From a virus (lineage: Duplodnaviria > Caudoviricetes), in the IMG/VR virus record IMGVR_UViG_3300027969_000041: a DNA stretch of 64,000 nucleotides. One strand, 5' to 3'. A program made the translations under genes and the position numbers. Numbering within the stretch: the stretch's first letter is position 1; each line of letters starts with the position of its first letter. Below, in pieces: positions 11,342 through 20,885 of the stretch. The notes under the pieces were generated by a model. The model was not told the DNA's origin. It did no database searches and saw only the letters and a list, made by a program, of their open reading frames with translations.

Positions 11342-12916
11342 ATGGCATATACAATTTATAACACCGATGGAACAACTCTGCTATTATTAGCAGACAATAC
11401 TGTAGATCAATCTGCTACTAGTTTAAATCTTGTTGGCAAGAATGTTAATGGGTATGGTCAGTATGTGAACAACAACTTTATAAAGTTGTTAGGTAGTTCT
11501 GCAAGTGCAGCAGGTAGTCCTCCTAGAAGTCCATTAACGGGTCAATTATGGTTTGACACTACTGCTCGTAGGTTAAAAGTATATGATGGATCTTTTAAGC
11601 CAGTAACTGGTGCAAGTGTTTCGGGAAGTGCTCCTGCAAATCCTGTGTCCGGCGACCTATGGTTTGACTCAATTAACTATCAATTAAACGCATACAACGG
11701 AGCAGTTTGGACTATTGTTGGACCTCCATTCCAGGCCCGTGTTGGAGAAAACGGATGGATTGTTCCTCCCGGTTCTTTCCTTGACACTTATCAAAATAGA
11801 CAATTAGTTACTTTGATGAAGAACTACGGTAGGACACTGGGAATCATTTCTACTGCTTCTTTTACAACAACTGAGTTTACAACATCTACTACATTGTTGT
11901 CGACTAGTACAACTGATATAGTTAACGGATTAACAATATTTGGGTCTATACAAGCAACTGGCAATATGAAAGTGTATAATACACTTACTACTAAATTACT
12001 TCTTTCTACAAATATAATAAATTCTGGAACACTTACTACCATAGATCTTGATACAAGAACAATGTTAGCTAGCTCTACCGCAACATTTACAAAGACTACT
12101 AATAGTACTAGCACTACAACCGGGGCATTAATAATTTCTGGCGGTGTTGGTATTGGTAAAGATTTATATGTTGGTGGTAAGATTGTTGCACAAGAATTAG
12201 ACATTCAATATACAACAGTAACCACAACTTTAATAATTACAGATGATGTAATTTCTACATACAATACAACTCCTGCATATTCAACAAATACCGGAGCATT
12301 GGTAATTGGTGGAGGTATAGGTGTAAATGGTGGTGTATTTGTTGGTGCCGCATTAACTGCAACAACAGTGGTTGCAACTCATTCAACAACTACTAATGCA
12401 GTAATATCTAAACTAACAGCAACAAATGTACTAGTTACAACTATTACTGCTACTAATTCATTGGTTACAAATTTCACTGCTACTAATTCAACTCTTACTA
12501 ATGTTGTAATAGGTGCCGCACTGAATATGGGGACCAATAAAATTACCAATATGGCTGACCCTGTTGCTGATACAGATGCAGTAACCAGACAATTCTTATA
12601 TGGTAGAAGCATTGTATTAAGTATGGATGTCTCAGACGGAATAAGCAATGCTAATATTATTACTTACCTTGCTCAGATTGCTCCTGTTGCTGAATATAAA
12701 AATGGTACAAATGCTAGAATTTTGTGCTCAACAATTACCCTTAGTTCTGGTACAGTATCTGTAAGTACAACAAACGGTACATTCTTGATAACAACTTCAA
12801 CTTCCGGAACAGCATTAACTGGTGCAACTGCTAGTGCAACTGCACCTACTGTGAGTGTTTCAAGAGTTGTAAAGACATTTACAATATCCAGCGGAGCATG
12901 GACTTTTGTATCGTAA
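11342..12916 (+). CDS. Tail fibre protein, Thr-rich
   Basis: Same N-terminal anchor (LVGKNVNGYGQYVNNNF...GQLWFD); repeats of TGALxIxGGxGIG; KITNMADPVADTDAVT fibre motif. Confidence 0.65.
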   Translation: MAYTIYNTDGTTLLLLADNTVDQSATSLNLVGKNVNGYGQYVNNNFIKLLGSSASAAGSPPRSPLTGQLWFDTTARRLKVYDGSFKPVTGASVSGSAPANPVSGDLWFDSINYQLNAYNGAVWTIVGPPFQARVGENGWIVPPGSFLDTYQNRQLVTLMKNYGRTLGIISTASFTTTEFTTSTTLLSTSTTDIVNGLTIFGSIQATGNMKVYNTLTTKLLLSTNIINSGTLTTIDLDTRTMLASSTATFTKTTNSTSTTTGALIISGGVGIGKDLYVGGKIVAQELDIQYTTVTTTLIITDDVISTYNTTPAYSTNTGALVIGGGIGVNGGVFVGAALTATTVVATHSTTTNAVISKLTATNVLVTTITATNSLVTNFTATNSTLTNVVIGAALNMGTNKITNMADPVADTDAVTRQFLYGRSIVLSMDVSDGISNANIITYLAQIAPVAEYKNGTNARILCSTITLSSGTVSVSTTNGTFLITTSTSGTALTGATASATAPTVSVSRVVKTFTISSGAWTFVS

Positions 12917-12930
12917 ACTAGGAATAAAAA

Positions 12931-13959
12931 ATGGCTTCATATGATTTGAATAAAAAAGACGGAACAGTATTAACAACATTGTCAGATGGGGCAATAGACA
13001 CTACCCATGCAAGTCTAACGTTTGTTGGAAAGAATGTCGTTAATTATGGTCCTATACAAAACGAAAACTTTTTATACCTATTAGAAAATTTTGCAAATGG
13101 TGCTGCACCTTCGCTACCGGTAGCTGGACAATTATGGTATGATAGTGGTCCTGGCACATTAAAAATTTATGATGCTACTCGATGGAATCAATTACCTAAA
13201 GTTGTATATAACACGACAGCAACTAACCAAGCAAACGGTGACCTATGGTTCAATACAACCACTGGGCAACTATTTGTAAAAGCAGGATCTTCATATACAT
13301 TAATTGGTCCCAAAACTTCGGCAACCACAGCAGGATCATTAGAAGCTTCTGTTAATATTAATAATGTTCCTTTTACTGGAACAGCTAGTATTACAGTTTC
13401 TTCAACTACAACCAATGTGTTATCTACTGGATCATATATTACTGGTAGTAACTTTAATGGATCTGCCGCTACTACTTGGTCAGTATACACAGGTCAAGCA
13501 GGCGCCGCAACCGGCAATGCAGTCGTTGCTAGAGATGTTTCAGGAGATATTTGGTATGCTGTTGGGCACGGAATTGCATCATCTGCTCGTTATGCTGACC
13601 TTGCAGAAAAATATTTGGCTGATAAAGAATATGAAGTTGGAACAGTTATGTCAGTTAATGATTCTGGCGAGTCTGAAATTAGAGCTTCAAACATTGGAGA
13701 GCGGGCAATAGGCGTAGTTTCTGCAAACCCAGCTTATCTAATGAATACTGATTTAGAAGGTGGTACAGCAGTTGCATTAAAAGGTCGTGTGCCTGTTAAA
13801 GTATTTGGTCCTGTTAAAAAAGGAGATCGATTAGAAGCATTTAGCGATGGGTTAGCTACAAAGGCTGCAGATAACTCTACTAATGTGTTTGCTGTTGCAT
13901 TAGAAAGTAATATTGATACTAATCTAAAAATTAATTTAATCGAATCTGTTATACTGTAA
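12931..13959 (+). CDS. Tail fibre protein with C-terminal intramolecular-chaperone (peptidase G2/IMC-like) domain
   Basis: Shared anchor (FVGKNVVNYGPIQNENFLYLLENF); C-terminal ARYADLAEKY...GTV...IGVVS.NPAYLMN...VALKGRVPVKV. Confidence 0.65.
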   Translation: MASYDLNKKDGTVLTTLSDGAIDTTHASLTFVGKNVVNYGPIQNENFLYLLENFANGAAPSLPVAGQLWYDSGPGTLKIYDATRWNQLPKVVYNTTATNQANGDLWFNTTTGQLFVKAGSSYTLIGPKTSATTAGSLEASVNINNVPFTGTASITVSSTTTNVLSTGSYITGSNFNGSAATTWSVYTGQAGAATGNAVVARDVSGDIWYAVGHGIASSARYADLAEKYLADKEYEVGTVMSVNDSGESEIRASNIGERAIGVVSANPAYLMNTDLEGGTAVALKGRVPVKVFGPVKKGDRLEAFSDGLATKAADNSTNVFAVALESNIDTNLKINLIESVIL

Positions 13960-13971
13960 ATTGGAATAATT

Positions 13972-15219
13972 ATGCCTTATATCTTAAACAAAACAAATGG
14001 AAATGTACTTGCAACAGTTAATGATGCTGCGGTAGATCTTACTACAAATTTAACATTTGTGGGTAGAAATTATTCCGGGTACGGAGAAATTGTCAACGAA
14101 AATTTTCTAAAACTTCTAGAAAATTTTTCAAGCATTACAGATAATGCTCCTAGTAAACCTATTCAAGGACAACTTTGGTTTGATAGTACCGCACAACAAT
14201 TAAATATTTCTTATGATGGTAAATCTTGGAAAGGAATTGCTAACTTAAGAGCTCAATCAAACACACCTTCGGCTAACGCTTCTGCAAACGGGGACATCTG
14301 GTGGGATACATCTAATTCTCAACTAAAAGTATTTGACGGCACTGCCTATCAATTAATCGGTCCTCCGACATCTTCTTCTGCCAAAGCATTTTGGTCAGCT
14401 GTTGATGAACCTAAAACTACAACTCTTACCATTCCGATCCTTAAAGCAAAGATTGGCTCAGTACCAGTTGCTGTTATTTCTAATTACGGTGATACTGCTT
14501 TTACACCATTGGAGTCGTCCGATCTTTATAATACCTTTGGTACAATTAAAAAAGGTATAACATTACCCGGTGCTGATGCTGTAACAGGATCATCTACTTC
14601 TTCTGGTTATTACTTTTGGGGAACAGCAGCTGAGTCGTTAGTAACTTCTACAGCAAATAATTCTAATCGAGCAACTACTGCAACTAATGTTGTTACTACT
14701 TCTACTTTAATTAGTGGACAGACTAGATTTAATGTGCCGTTCCTCGGTACTGCAACTAACGAAAGTTCGGTAATGACTACCAATGCTTTCTACTTTACTC
14801 CTGCTACCAATGTACTAACTGTGACTGCTTCACAAGCTCGTTATGCTGATTTGGCGGAGCGTTATGAAGCTGATGCAGTATATGAGCCGGGCACTGTTGT
14901 AGTAATTGGCGGCGATAAAGAAGTTACTGTGACTGACAAATATGCAGATACAAGGGTAGCGGGCATAGTGTCTAAAAACCCTGCCTATATGATGAATTCC
15001 GAGGCTGGATCAGACGAAACTCACCCCTTTATTGCTTTAAAAGGCCGTGTTCCGTGCAAAGTTGTTGGGTCTATAAACAAGGGTGATCTGTTAGTAACAA
15101 GTACCTTTCCGGGGTATGCCGCAAGTTGGGCATCTCATGCTGAAGAAGGTTCTGTAATAGGAAAAGCCCTAGGAACTCAATCCGAGGGCTTTGGTGTTAT
15201 TGAAGTATTGGTAGTCTAA
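13972..15219 (+). CDS. Tail fibre protein with C-terminal intramolecular-chaperone (peptidase G2/IMC-like) domain
   Basis: Shared anchor (FVGRNYSGYGEIVNENFLKLLENF); C-terminal ARYADLAERYEADAVYEPGTVVVIGG...NPAYMMN...IALKGRVPCKV, paralogous to the previous gene. Confidence 0.65.
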   Translation: MPYILNKTNGNVLATVNDAAVDLTTNLTFVGRNYSGYGEIVNENFLKLLENFSSITDNAPSKPIQGQLWFDSTAQQLNISYDGKSWKGIANLRAQSNTPSANASANGDIWWDTSNSQLKVFDGTAYQLIGPPTSSSAKAFWSAVDEPKTTTLTIPILKAKIGSVPVAVISNYGDTAFTPLESSDLYNTFGTIKKGITLPGADAVTGSSTSSGYYFWGTAAESLVTSTANNSNRATTATNVVTTSTLISGQTRFNVPFLGTATNESSVMTTNAFYFTPATNVLTVTASQARYADLAERYEADAVYEPGTVVVIGGDKEVTVTDKYADTRVAGIVSKNPAYMMNSEAGSDETHPFIALKGRVPCKVVGSINKGDLLVTSTFPGYAASWASHAEEGSVIGKALGTQSEGFGVIEVLVV

Positions 15220-16100
15220 ACAGCCATTGGAGCCTTAATGGCTTCGTGACTTTGATAATCTACTAGATTAATATCAGACATATCAAACTCAGTAATAACC
15301 TCTATTTCTTTATTCAACTCTAAAGTTGGTAAAGGTAGGGGTTTTCTTTTGAGTTGTTCTTTTACTTGGTCGATGTGATTATTATAGATATGTGCATCGC
15401 CTATGGTAATAATTAAATCACCTACTTCTAAATTGCACACTTGTGCGAGCATGTGCGTGAATAATGCGTATGAAGCAATGTTAAATGGCACTCCGAGAAA
15501 CATATCTGCTGAACGTTGATACATCTGGCAACTTAGTTTACCGTTGTTAACATAGAACTGCGACATCATATGGCATGGGGGCAATGCCATTAAGTCAAGT
15601 TCGCCCGGGTTCCATGCTGTAATGATATGCCTCCGGCTGTAAGGATCATCTTTAATTCCGTTAATCAATTCAATTAATTGATCATGATTTTGTAAGATGA
15701 CTTTATTAACACGGACCAAAGGCTTACGCCACCTACGCCATTGTACTCCGTATACTCTTCCAAGGTCGCTAGGATGTCTCTGTAATCGCTTCTCTACCCA
15801 ATAAGGTGCTTGAGCATTATCTGTCCATATAGTTTTTTTATCAGTGTATCTTTCTCCGTGGAGGATTTCACGCAACCGACCTTCATCACCACTACCTTCG
15901 ATAAACCAAATTAGCTCACTTACAACAGCTTTCCATGCCAGCTTTTTTGTAGTAATAGCAGGGAAGCCTTCGGTAAGATCAAATCTCATCTGTAATCCAA
16001 AAATACTTTTTGTACCAGTACCAGTCCGATCAGGACGGTCATCGCCGTTTTCTAAAATATTTTTTAATGCGTCTAGATAAACTTTTTCTGGATGTGTCAT
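15216..16100 (-). CDS. thyA: Thymidylate synthase
   Basis: DRTGTGT, catalytic LPPCH, YQRSADMFLGVPFNIASY, GDAHIY. Confidence 0.97.
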   Translation of the reverse strand: MTHPEKVYLDALKNILENGDDRPDRTGTGTKSIFGLQMRFDLTEGFPAITTKKLAWKAVVSELIWFIEGSGDEGRLREILHGERYTDKKTIWTDNAQAPYWVEKRLQRHPSDLGRVYGVQWRRWRKPLVRVNKVILQNHDQLIELINGIKDDPYSRRHIITAWNPGELDLMALPPCHMMSQFYVNNGKLSCQMYQRSADMFLGVPFNIASYALFTHMLAQVCNLEVGDLIITIGDAHIYNNHIDQVKEQLKRKPLPLPTLELNKEIEVITEFDMSDINLVDYQSHEAIKAPMAV

Positions 16101-16573
16101 AGGTTGTACTCTTTTATAGTATATTTTATTGGTTCATTAAATGTAACATGTTCTTTAACTTTTGTAAAGTATTTTTGAACATAAGTCAAATTAAAATATT
16201 TGTCGCATTGGTATTCTGCATCAATTTCTGTTACATAGAATCTATCAATAATGTCAAGATACTGTTCATAAATGGCACCTCCGCCTATGATGAATATGTC
16301 TTTGTCGGGATATTCTACAGAACAATAATCTAATGCACTTCCGCAATCGTCGAAGGTGTGATCGCCTAATACTTGCTTTCGGCTTATTACTACATTGATA
16401 CGATTAGGTAAAGGCTTGCCTATACTTTTGTAAGTAGTGGATCCCATAATAACAACCTGTCCAGTTGTCATTCTTTTAAACCATTGCATGTCGTCCTTAA
16501 GGTGCGGCCAGGGCATTTGCCCTTCAAATCCAATACCTTGGTTCTTATCTACTGCTACTAAACAGCTAATCAT
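16097..16573 (-). CDS. folA: Dihydrofolate reductase
   Basis: AVDKNQGIG..GQMPW..LKDDMQWFK, VIMGSTTY.SIGKPLPNR.N.V, IIGGG.IY; overlaps thyA by 4 nt. Confidence 0.95.
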   Translation of the reverse strand: MISCLVAVDKNQGIGFEGQMPWPHLKDDMQWFKRMTTGQVVIMGSTTYKSIGKPLPNRINVVISRKQVLGDHTFDDCGSALDYCSVEYPDKDIFIIGGGAIYEQYLDIIDRFYVTEIDAEYQCDKYFNLTYVQKYFTKVKEHVTFNEPIKYTIKEYNL

Positions 16574-17211
16574 TTACCTGACCATACATCTCTTTTTGAA
16601 TAAGGATTGCCCTTTTCAAATACAGCAATACTATCGTAAAAACTAATTCCAAAAGTACTATCTAACAATGGATTTCTTTCTAACTCGCCCTTAGTATGTT
16701 GTAGATTAAGTTGATCTATGTAAGTCTTACTCTTATTAAGAAATGTATGTGGATTAGTTAATCCACCTTGCCATTCCGGCCAATATGCAGTATGCAGGTC
16801 TTCAACCATGTAAACTGCATTCTTATCCATTTTAGGATAAAGGAATTCAAAAGTAGCATTAACATGATGTTGTTGGTGGCTACCATCGTCTAACACAATA
16901 TCTGGTACACCAAACTCGTCTATAATAGATTGTAGGAATTGAGGATCTGATTGATCACCAATACGAACAGACACATTATTTTGTTCGTGTTGCTTACAAG
17001 TTGGATCAATGTCGATGCCTATAATCTTTGTCATAGGTCCAAAGTACTTACTCCACATTTTTGAAGAGCCTCCCCACGCAACACCAATTTCTAAAAATGT
17101 TAAACTACGATTTCTATGTTGAGCAAAGTGTCTCTCGTAGATTGGAAAGTAGTGCGCCCATTTGTAAATAGGCGGATCAGATTGAGCAAGGAACGTTTCC
17201 CATAAACTCAT
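16570..17211 (-). CDS. Class I SAM-dependent methyltransferase (sugar O-methyltransferase-like)
   Basis: FLEIGVAWGGS (motif I), IIGIDID, IGDQSD, IVLDDGSH, YMVEDL. Confidence 0.75.
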   Translation of the reverse strand: MSLWETFLAQSDPPIYKWAHYFPIYERHFAQHRNRSLTFLEIGVAWGGSSKMWSKYFGPMTKIIGIDIDPTCKQHEQNNVSVRIGDQSDPQFLQSIIDEFGVPDIVLDDGSHQQHHVNATFEFLYPKMDKNAVYMVEDLHTAYWPEWQGGLTNPHTFLNKSKTYIDQLNLQHTKGELERNPLLDSTFGISFYDSIAVFEKGNPYSKRDVWSGK

Positions 17212-17792
17212 TAGTCGGCTTCTACAGAAACTTTCTTTTTGCTCTTTGGAGGATCAATAGCATCTGCTTGTTTACGCAAAACTTGAGCCTGTTTGAACAA
17301 TGCATCTGCTTTACTACGCAGTTCTGCTGGAGTCATGTCCTCTGTAGATTCTACTGCCACCACCTCTGTAGATTCTTTCTTTGCAACCTTAGTTTTAGGA
17401 TTAGGTTTTGAACCATCAGTAATAGCTAGCTCGTCGACAGTTATACCTTTTTGTTCTGCAATCAATTGATTAAGTTCATCTAAAGGTACACTTGATTGAT
17501 TAGTTGGTGTTACTATCACTCCATTTGTGGGAACTTTCTTAAGATGACCACGAGTATGCAACCATTCTAACATATTGCTTCCGTCGGGGAATCGACGAAC
17601 TGCAAGTATATCTGCTAGTTCATTTGCCTGTTGAGCATTTTCATCTTGCAATAAACTCATTAATGCATCATGATAAGTATCACCTAGGTTGCTTGTACCA
17701 ATAACCAATGCGCTTAATGCATCACCTGGTATAGTACGATAAGCAATGGCAATCTTTGCTCCGTTGTTTTTCATTTTTCCCACATGTTTCAT
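17211..17792 (-). CDS. Hypothetical protein
   Basis: 193-aa ORF in the coupled minus-strand operon with an upstream AGGAG; no recognised motif. Confidence 0.6.
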   Translation of the reverse strand: MKHVGKMKNNGAKIAIAYRTIPGDALSALVIGTSNLGDTYHDALMSLLQDENAQQANELADILAVRRFPDGSNMLEWLHTRGHLKKVPTNGVIVTPTNQSSVPLDELNQLIAEQKGITVDELAITDGSKPNPKTKVAKKESTEVVAVESTEDMTPAELRSKADALFKQAQVLRKQADAIDPPKSKKKVSVEAD

Positions 17793-17804
17793 GTGATTCT
17801 CCTT

Positions 17805-18080
17805 TTAGGCCTGTGTTACAGGTTGTTCTGGTGTAGCGGCAGGTGTCGGCGTTACTGCAACTAAAAATGCACTAAGTCGATCATACACACTGCCTACTGC
17901 TGAAATCTCACCAGCGCCAAACGCACCGCGCTTAACTGCTACATCGATAATAGCTTTTAAATTTTGAAGATCAGCAATGCTCAACTCTGGCTGAGCGGCC
18001 GGCGCTTGAGGAGCCTCGCCTCCTACACCTTCTGTTCCTGCTACTTGTGCTTGTTCTTGATTTTCCATGTTAAAATTCAT
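17805..18080 (-). CDS. Hypothetical protein
   Basis: 91 aa, low-complexity ends around a helical core; the start could instead be the second ATG (18068). Confidence 0.55.
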   Translation of the reverse strand: MNFNMENQEQAQVAGTEGVGGEAPQAPAAQPELSIADLQNLKAIIDVAVKRGAFGAGEISAVGSVYDRLSAFLVAVTPTPAATPEQPVTQA

Positions 18081-18084
18081 CCTT

Positions 18085-18366
18085 TTATTTTTTATGTAAG
18101 TAAGGGCAACCTAAAGATAGCATAGTTAATTCTCTAGGATCTTCTATGCCAATTTCAATAACTTCGATCATCTTTTTATGTTGATCTAATGTTAACCTCT
18201 TTTTAATTGCGTACCTGCTATTTAAGTTGTAGCTAATCCAGTGATCTAAAAGTTTGGCGTCTATTAAACGGTCTACTGATAGTTTACTAAAGTGTTCTGG
18301 AATAAAGGAAAGTTTCCTTAGTCCCAAAACACCTAACGGGTTTATTTCCCCTCTGCTTAATGACAT
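18085..18366 (-). CDS. Hypothetical protein
   Basis: 93-aa ORF preceded by TATAAATA 12 nt upstream. Confidence 0.55.
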   Translation of the reverse strand: MSLSRGEINPLGVLGLRKLSFIPEHFSKLSVDRLIDAKLLDHWISYNLNSRYAIKKRLTLDQHKKMIEVIEIGIEDPRELTMLSLGCPYLHKK

Positions 18367-18377
18367 TAACTACCTAC

Positions 18378-19631
18378 TTATTTATAGTATGCAGTTTGCC
18401 CGAAGGGAGAAATGATACTGTCATTTCCATGAATAATAAACAGGCTTTCACAATAATCTTCATCGCCCCAACTACCGCAAGGATAACCGTCTGTAAACAT
18501 AATAAATCGTTTTGGCTCAATGCCCTCGTCTTTCATAAACTGGTAATTTACATCAAAGTCAGTACCGCCACCACCTTTTGGTTCGTAGCCCATAATCTCG
18601 TCGGCAGTATCGCCTGTGAAACGAGCATAGTTATACACTTGAGTATCAAAACACCACAAGTCTAGTTTGAAGTCCACATACTCATCCATAATGCCCTTGA
18701 CTTCGCTTAGGAAGTCTTTAGCCATTGCGTCACTAATAGAGCCAGACATATCAATAGCTACACTCACATCAATAGTTTCCTCGTTCATCATGCCCGGAAG
18801 CACAGCACCACAATGTTGGCTCTTACGATTAGGGCGTTGGAAACTAAAATTGCTCTTGATAATACTTTGGATGTTCATACGCAACAGTTGGCGCCAGTCC
18901 ATTTTAGGTTCTGTGAAGTCTTGAATAAGACGACGAACACCTGCAGGAACTCTGCCGGCACCTGCTGCCTGAGCAGCCGCTACCATTGCTTCTTTAATTT
19001 CGTCTTTGATTGCTTTCTTTTCTTCTGCAGTCAACCGTGGACGACCTTTGCCTTCTTTGTCCCCACCGTCACCTTCACTATCTCCGTCACCTTCCCCGTC
19101 CAAATGTTCGTCTAACAACTCGCCCAATGAACCGATATCAATTTTATCAGCTTTTTCGTACAAGTCATCGTAGATTTGTTCGTAGCTCAAGCCGCGATAT
19201 TTGTTATCTTGATAGATCTTAATCCAGCTAGGAACTTCGCCGATCTTTTCATCTTTAAGAATTTGATTAACAGCATAGTCAGCGGCAATGTTTGACAATG
19301 TAGGATCTCGATGATCGCGGCGACCAATGTGATCAAATACATTGTGTAATACTTCGTGAGCAAAACCAAACTCTGCTTCTTTAGGTTTGAGTTTATTTAC
19401 AAAGTCGTTATTGTAATAGAAGTTACGACCATCTGTGGCTAGTGTAGCACACCACTCACTGGCATCGATTAGTTTAAGGCGTGTAGCAAGATTGCCAAAG
19501 AATGGATGACGCAACAGCAATCCAATACGAGCTGTAACTAATTTCTCTACAATTTTAGATTTTTCTGCCGCAGTATATTCTTTAGTAGCAACAGGTTTTT
19601 TAATTTTTTCAGTTTTCATTACAGAAGTCAT
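18378..19631 (-). CDS. VWA-domain protein with N-terminal zincin-like metallopeptidase domain (DUF2201-like)
   Basis: ATLATDGR, HEVLH (HExxH), NIAADYAVN; MIDAS elements DMSGS, GGGT, FTDG. Confidence 0.85.
   Translation of the reverse strand: MTSVMKTEKIKKPVATKEYTAAEKSKIVEKLVTARIGLLLRHPFFGNLATRLKLIDASEWCATLATDGRNFYYNNDFVNKLKPKEAEFGFAHEVLHNVFDHIGRRDHRDPTLSNIAADYAVNQILKDEKIGEVPSWIKIYQDNKYRGLSYEQIYDDLYEKADKIDIGSLGELLDEHLDGEGDGDSEGDGGDKEGKGRPRLTAEEKKAIKDEIKEAMVAAAQAAGAGRVPAGVRRLIQDFTEPKMDWRQLLRMNIQSIIKSNFSFQRPNRKSQHCGAVLPGMMNEETIDVSVAIDMSGSISDAMAKDFLSEVKGIMDEYVDFKLDLWCFDTQVYNYARFTGDTADEIMGYEPKGGGGTDFDVNYQFMKDEGIEPKRFIMFTDGYPCGSWGDEDYCESLFIIHGNDSIISPFGQTAYYK
18379..18386 (-). promoter_or_regulatory. 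T4-type late promoter TATAAATA overlapping the end of the VWA gene
   Basis: The minus strand reads ...tacTATAAATAagtaggtagttaATG (ATG at 18366). Confidence 0.5.
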
Positions 19632-19659
19632 AACGGTCCTTGTTAGTGTCTAAGTATAT

Positions 19660-19688
19660 ATTATACATTAAATTTATCAAAAGAGCAA
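19660..19688 (-). promoter_or_regulatory. sigma70-type promoter for the VWA gene
   Basis: Minus strand TTGCTC-N17-TATAAT; the -35 lies just downstream of the terminator U-tract. Confidence 0.55.
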
Positions 19689-19690
19689 GC

Positions 19691-19710
19691 AAAAAAGGCC
19701 CTTGCGGGCC
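19691..19710 (-). terminator. Rho-independent terminator after the MoxR gene
   Basis: Minus strand GGCCC-GCAA-GGGCC followed by TTTTTT; GNRA tetraloop. Confidence 0.75.
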
Positions 19711-19714
19711 AATT

Positions 19715-20794
19715 TTACTCCATTGCTTGGATAATGTATTTGCCAAACTTGTCGTGGAAACGATCAAAGTTCTTCAATTTAGAAGCATCAAACGGCAGTT
19801 GATAATTTGTGAGAGCCACTTTGGCGCCCATAACAACCAGCTCTGTGGGGAAATTATCCATCATAAATCCAAAGAAGTTGTCTGCCATAGCATCCCAATC
19901 CTTGGCTTTTTTCTGATCGGCGCTCTGGAGTTCGTAGCACAACGACACTGTCAATGAATACATTGCAGAGATTTCTTTAATGTTGCACTTTTGAACCTTG
20001 CCGGACAAGATGTCCTCGGGCTTAGGCATCTGTTTTGCCACTTTGCGGTGTGCCATAAACTTAACAGCCAACCCTTCACCAATTGCACCCGCCACCAAAT
20101 CAGTCAATGTACCTTCGTCCAAGTCGTCGTCTGTTAACAGTTCGCTAACAAACATCCATGAACGAGGAGTAGCGAACGCCTTTGAGCTAGACTTTGGATC
20201 AAAGTCGTACAAGTCTTGTTTGGCAAAGCCAATATAACCTACAACCTGTTCGTGAACACGGTTGTTAGTAGCCCACTGCAACCAATCTTCGTAGTCGGAT
20301 TTTAGTTCAATGTGAACAAAACGGTTAGCCAACGGAGCAGGCATACGATAAGTTACGCCTTTGTCACCTTCACGGTTACCAGCGGCAACAATGCTAACAC
20401 CGTCCGGCAACTTATATGTACCAACACGACGGTTCAACACCAATTGGAAAGCCGCCGCCTGTGTAGCAGGAGCCGCAGAGTTCAACTCGTCCAAGAACAG
20501 GATAGCAGTAGACTCTGGATCTGTGGGCAATTCTGCAGGAGGAGCCCATGTCATAGTGTTTTCTATGCTATTAAAATATGGAATACCTTTAATGTCAGTA
20601 GGTTCCCAAAGGCTCAAGCGAACATCAATAACTTCGCGGCCTTGCTCGTCGCCAATTTGTTTAACAATATCGGATTTACCAATACCGGGAGGACCCCACA
20701 TGAATACTGGACGCTTAATTTTAACGCACTTGCGAATAGAGCGTTTTGCTTCGTTAGGAGTAACTGTACGATTAGATGAAATTTGTTCTGCCAT
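19715..20794 (-). CDS. MoxR-like AAA+ ATPase
   Basis: Walker A GPPGIGKS, Walker B LFLDE, AAGNR, PLANRF, TPRSW; adjacent to its VWA partner. Confidence 0.88.
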   Translation of the reverse strand: MAEQISSNRTVTPNEAKRSIRKCVKIKRPVFMWGPPGIGKSDIVKQIGDEQGREVIDVRLSLWEPTDIKGIPYFNSIENTMTWAPPAELPTDPESTAILFLDELNSAAPATQAAAFQLVLNRRVGTYKLPDGVSIVAAGNREGDKGVTYRMPAPLANRFVHIELKSDYEDWLQWATNNRVHEQVVGYIGFAKQDLYDFDPKSSSKAFATPRSWMFVSELLTDDDLDEGTLTDLVAGAIGEGLAVKFMAHRKVAKQMPKPEDILSGKVQKCNIKEISAMYSLTVSLCYELQSADQKKAKDWDAMADNFFGFMMDNFPTELVVMGAKVALTNYQLPFDASKLKNFDRFHDKFGKYIIQAME

Positions 20795-20856
20795 TTTTAA
20801 CTTTCAGTGTATAGTTGAGTTAATTTACTGACTGCCTTATGCTTCAGTATGTATTA

Positions 20857-20885
20857 ATTATACACGGTTTCTGTCTTTGTGTCAA
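20857..20885 (-). promoter_or_regulatory. Consensus sigma70 promoter for MoxR
   Basis: Minus strand TTGACA-N17-TATAAT, a perfect consensus. Confidence 0.8.

Noticed and set aside
2545-14000. Antisense or out-of-frame ORFs inside the structural genes (2545, 3565, 5956, 6816, 9870, 10602, 11824, 12379, 13188, 13364)
   Set aside because: Fully nested in long genes, with no RBS and no motifs; expected by-products of Thr/Val-rich codon usage.
13585-15219. Similar C-termini of the last two fibre genes as a possible DGR template/variable repeat pair
   Set aside because: Differences are mostly synonymous and not adenine-specific, and no reverse transcriptase is in the window; ordinary paralogy explains it.
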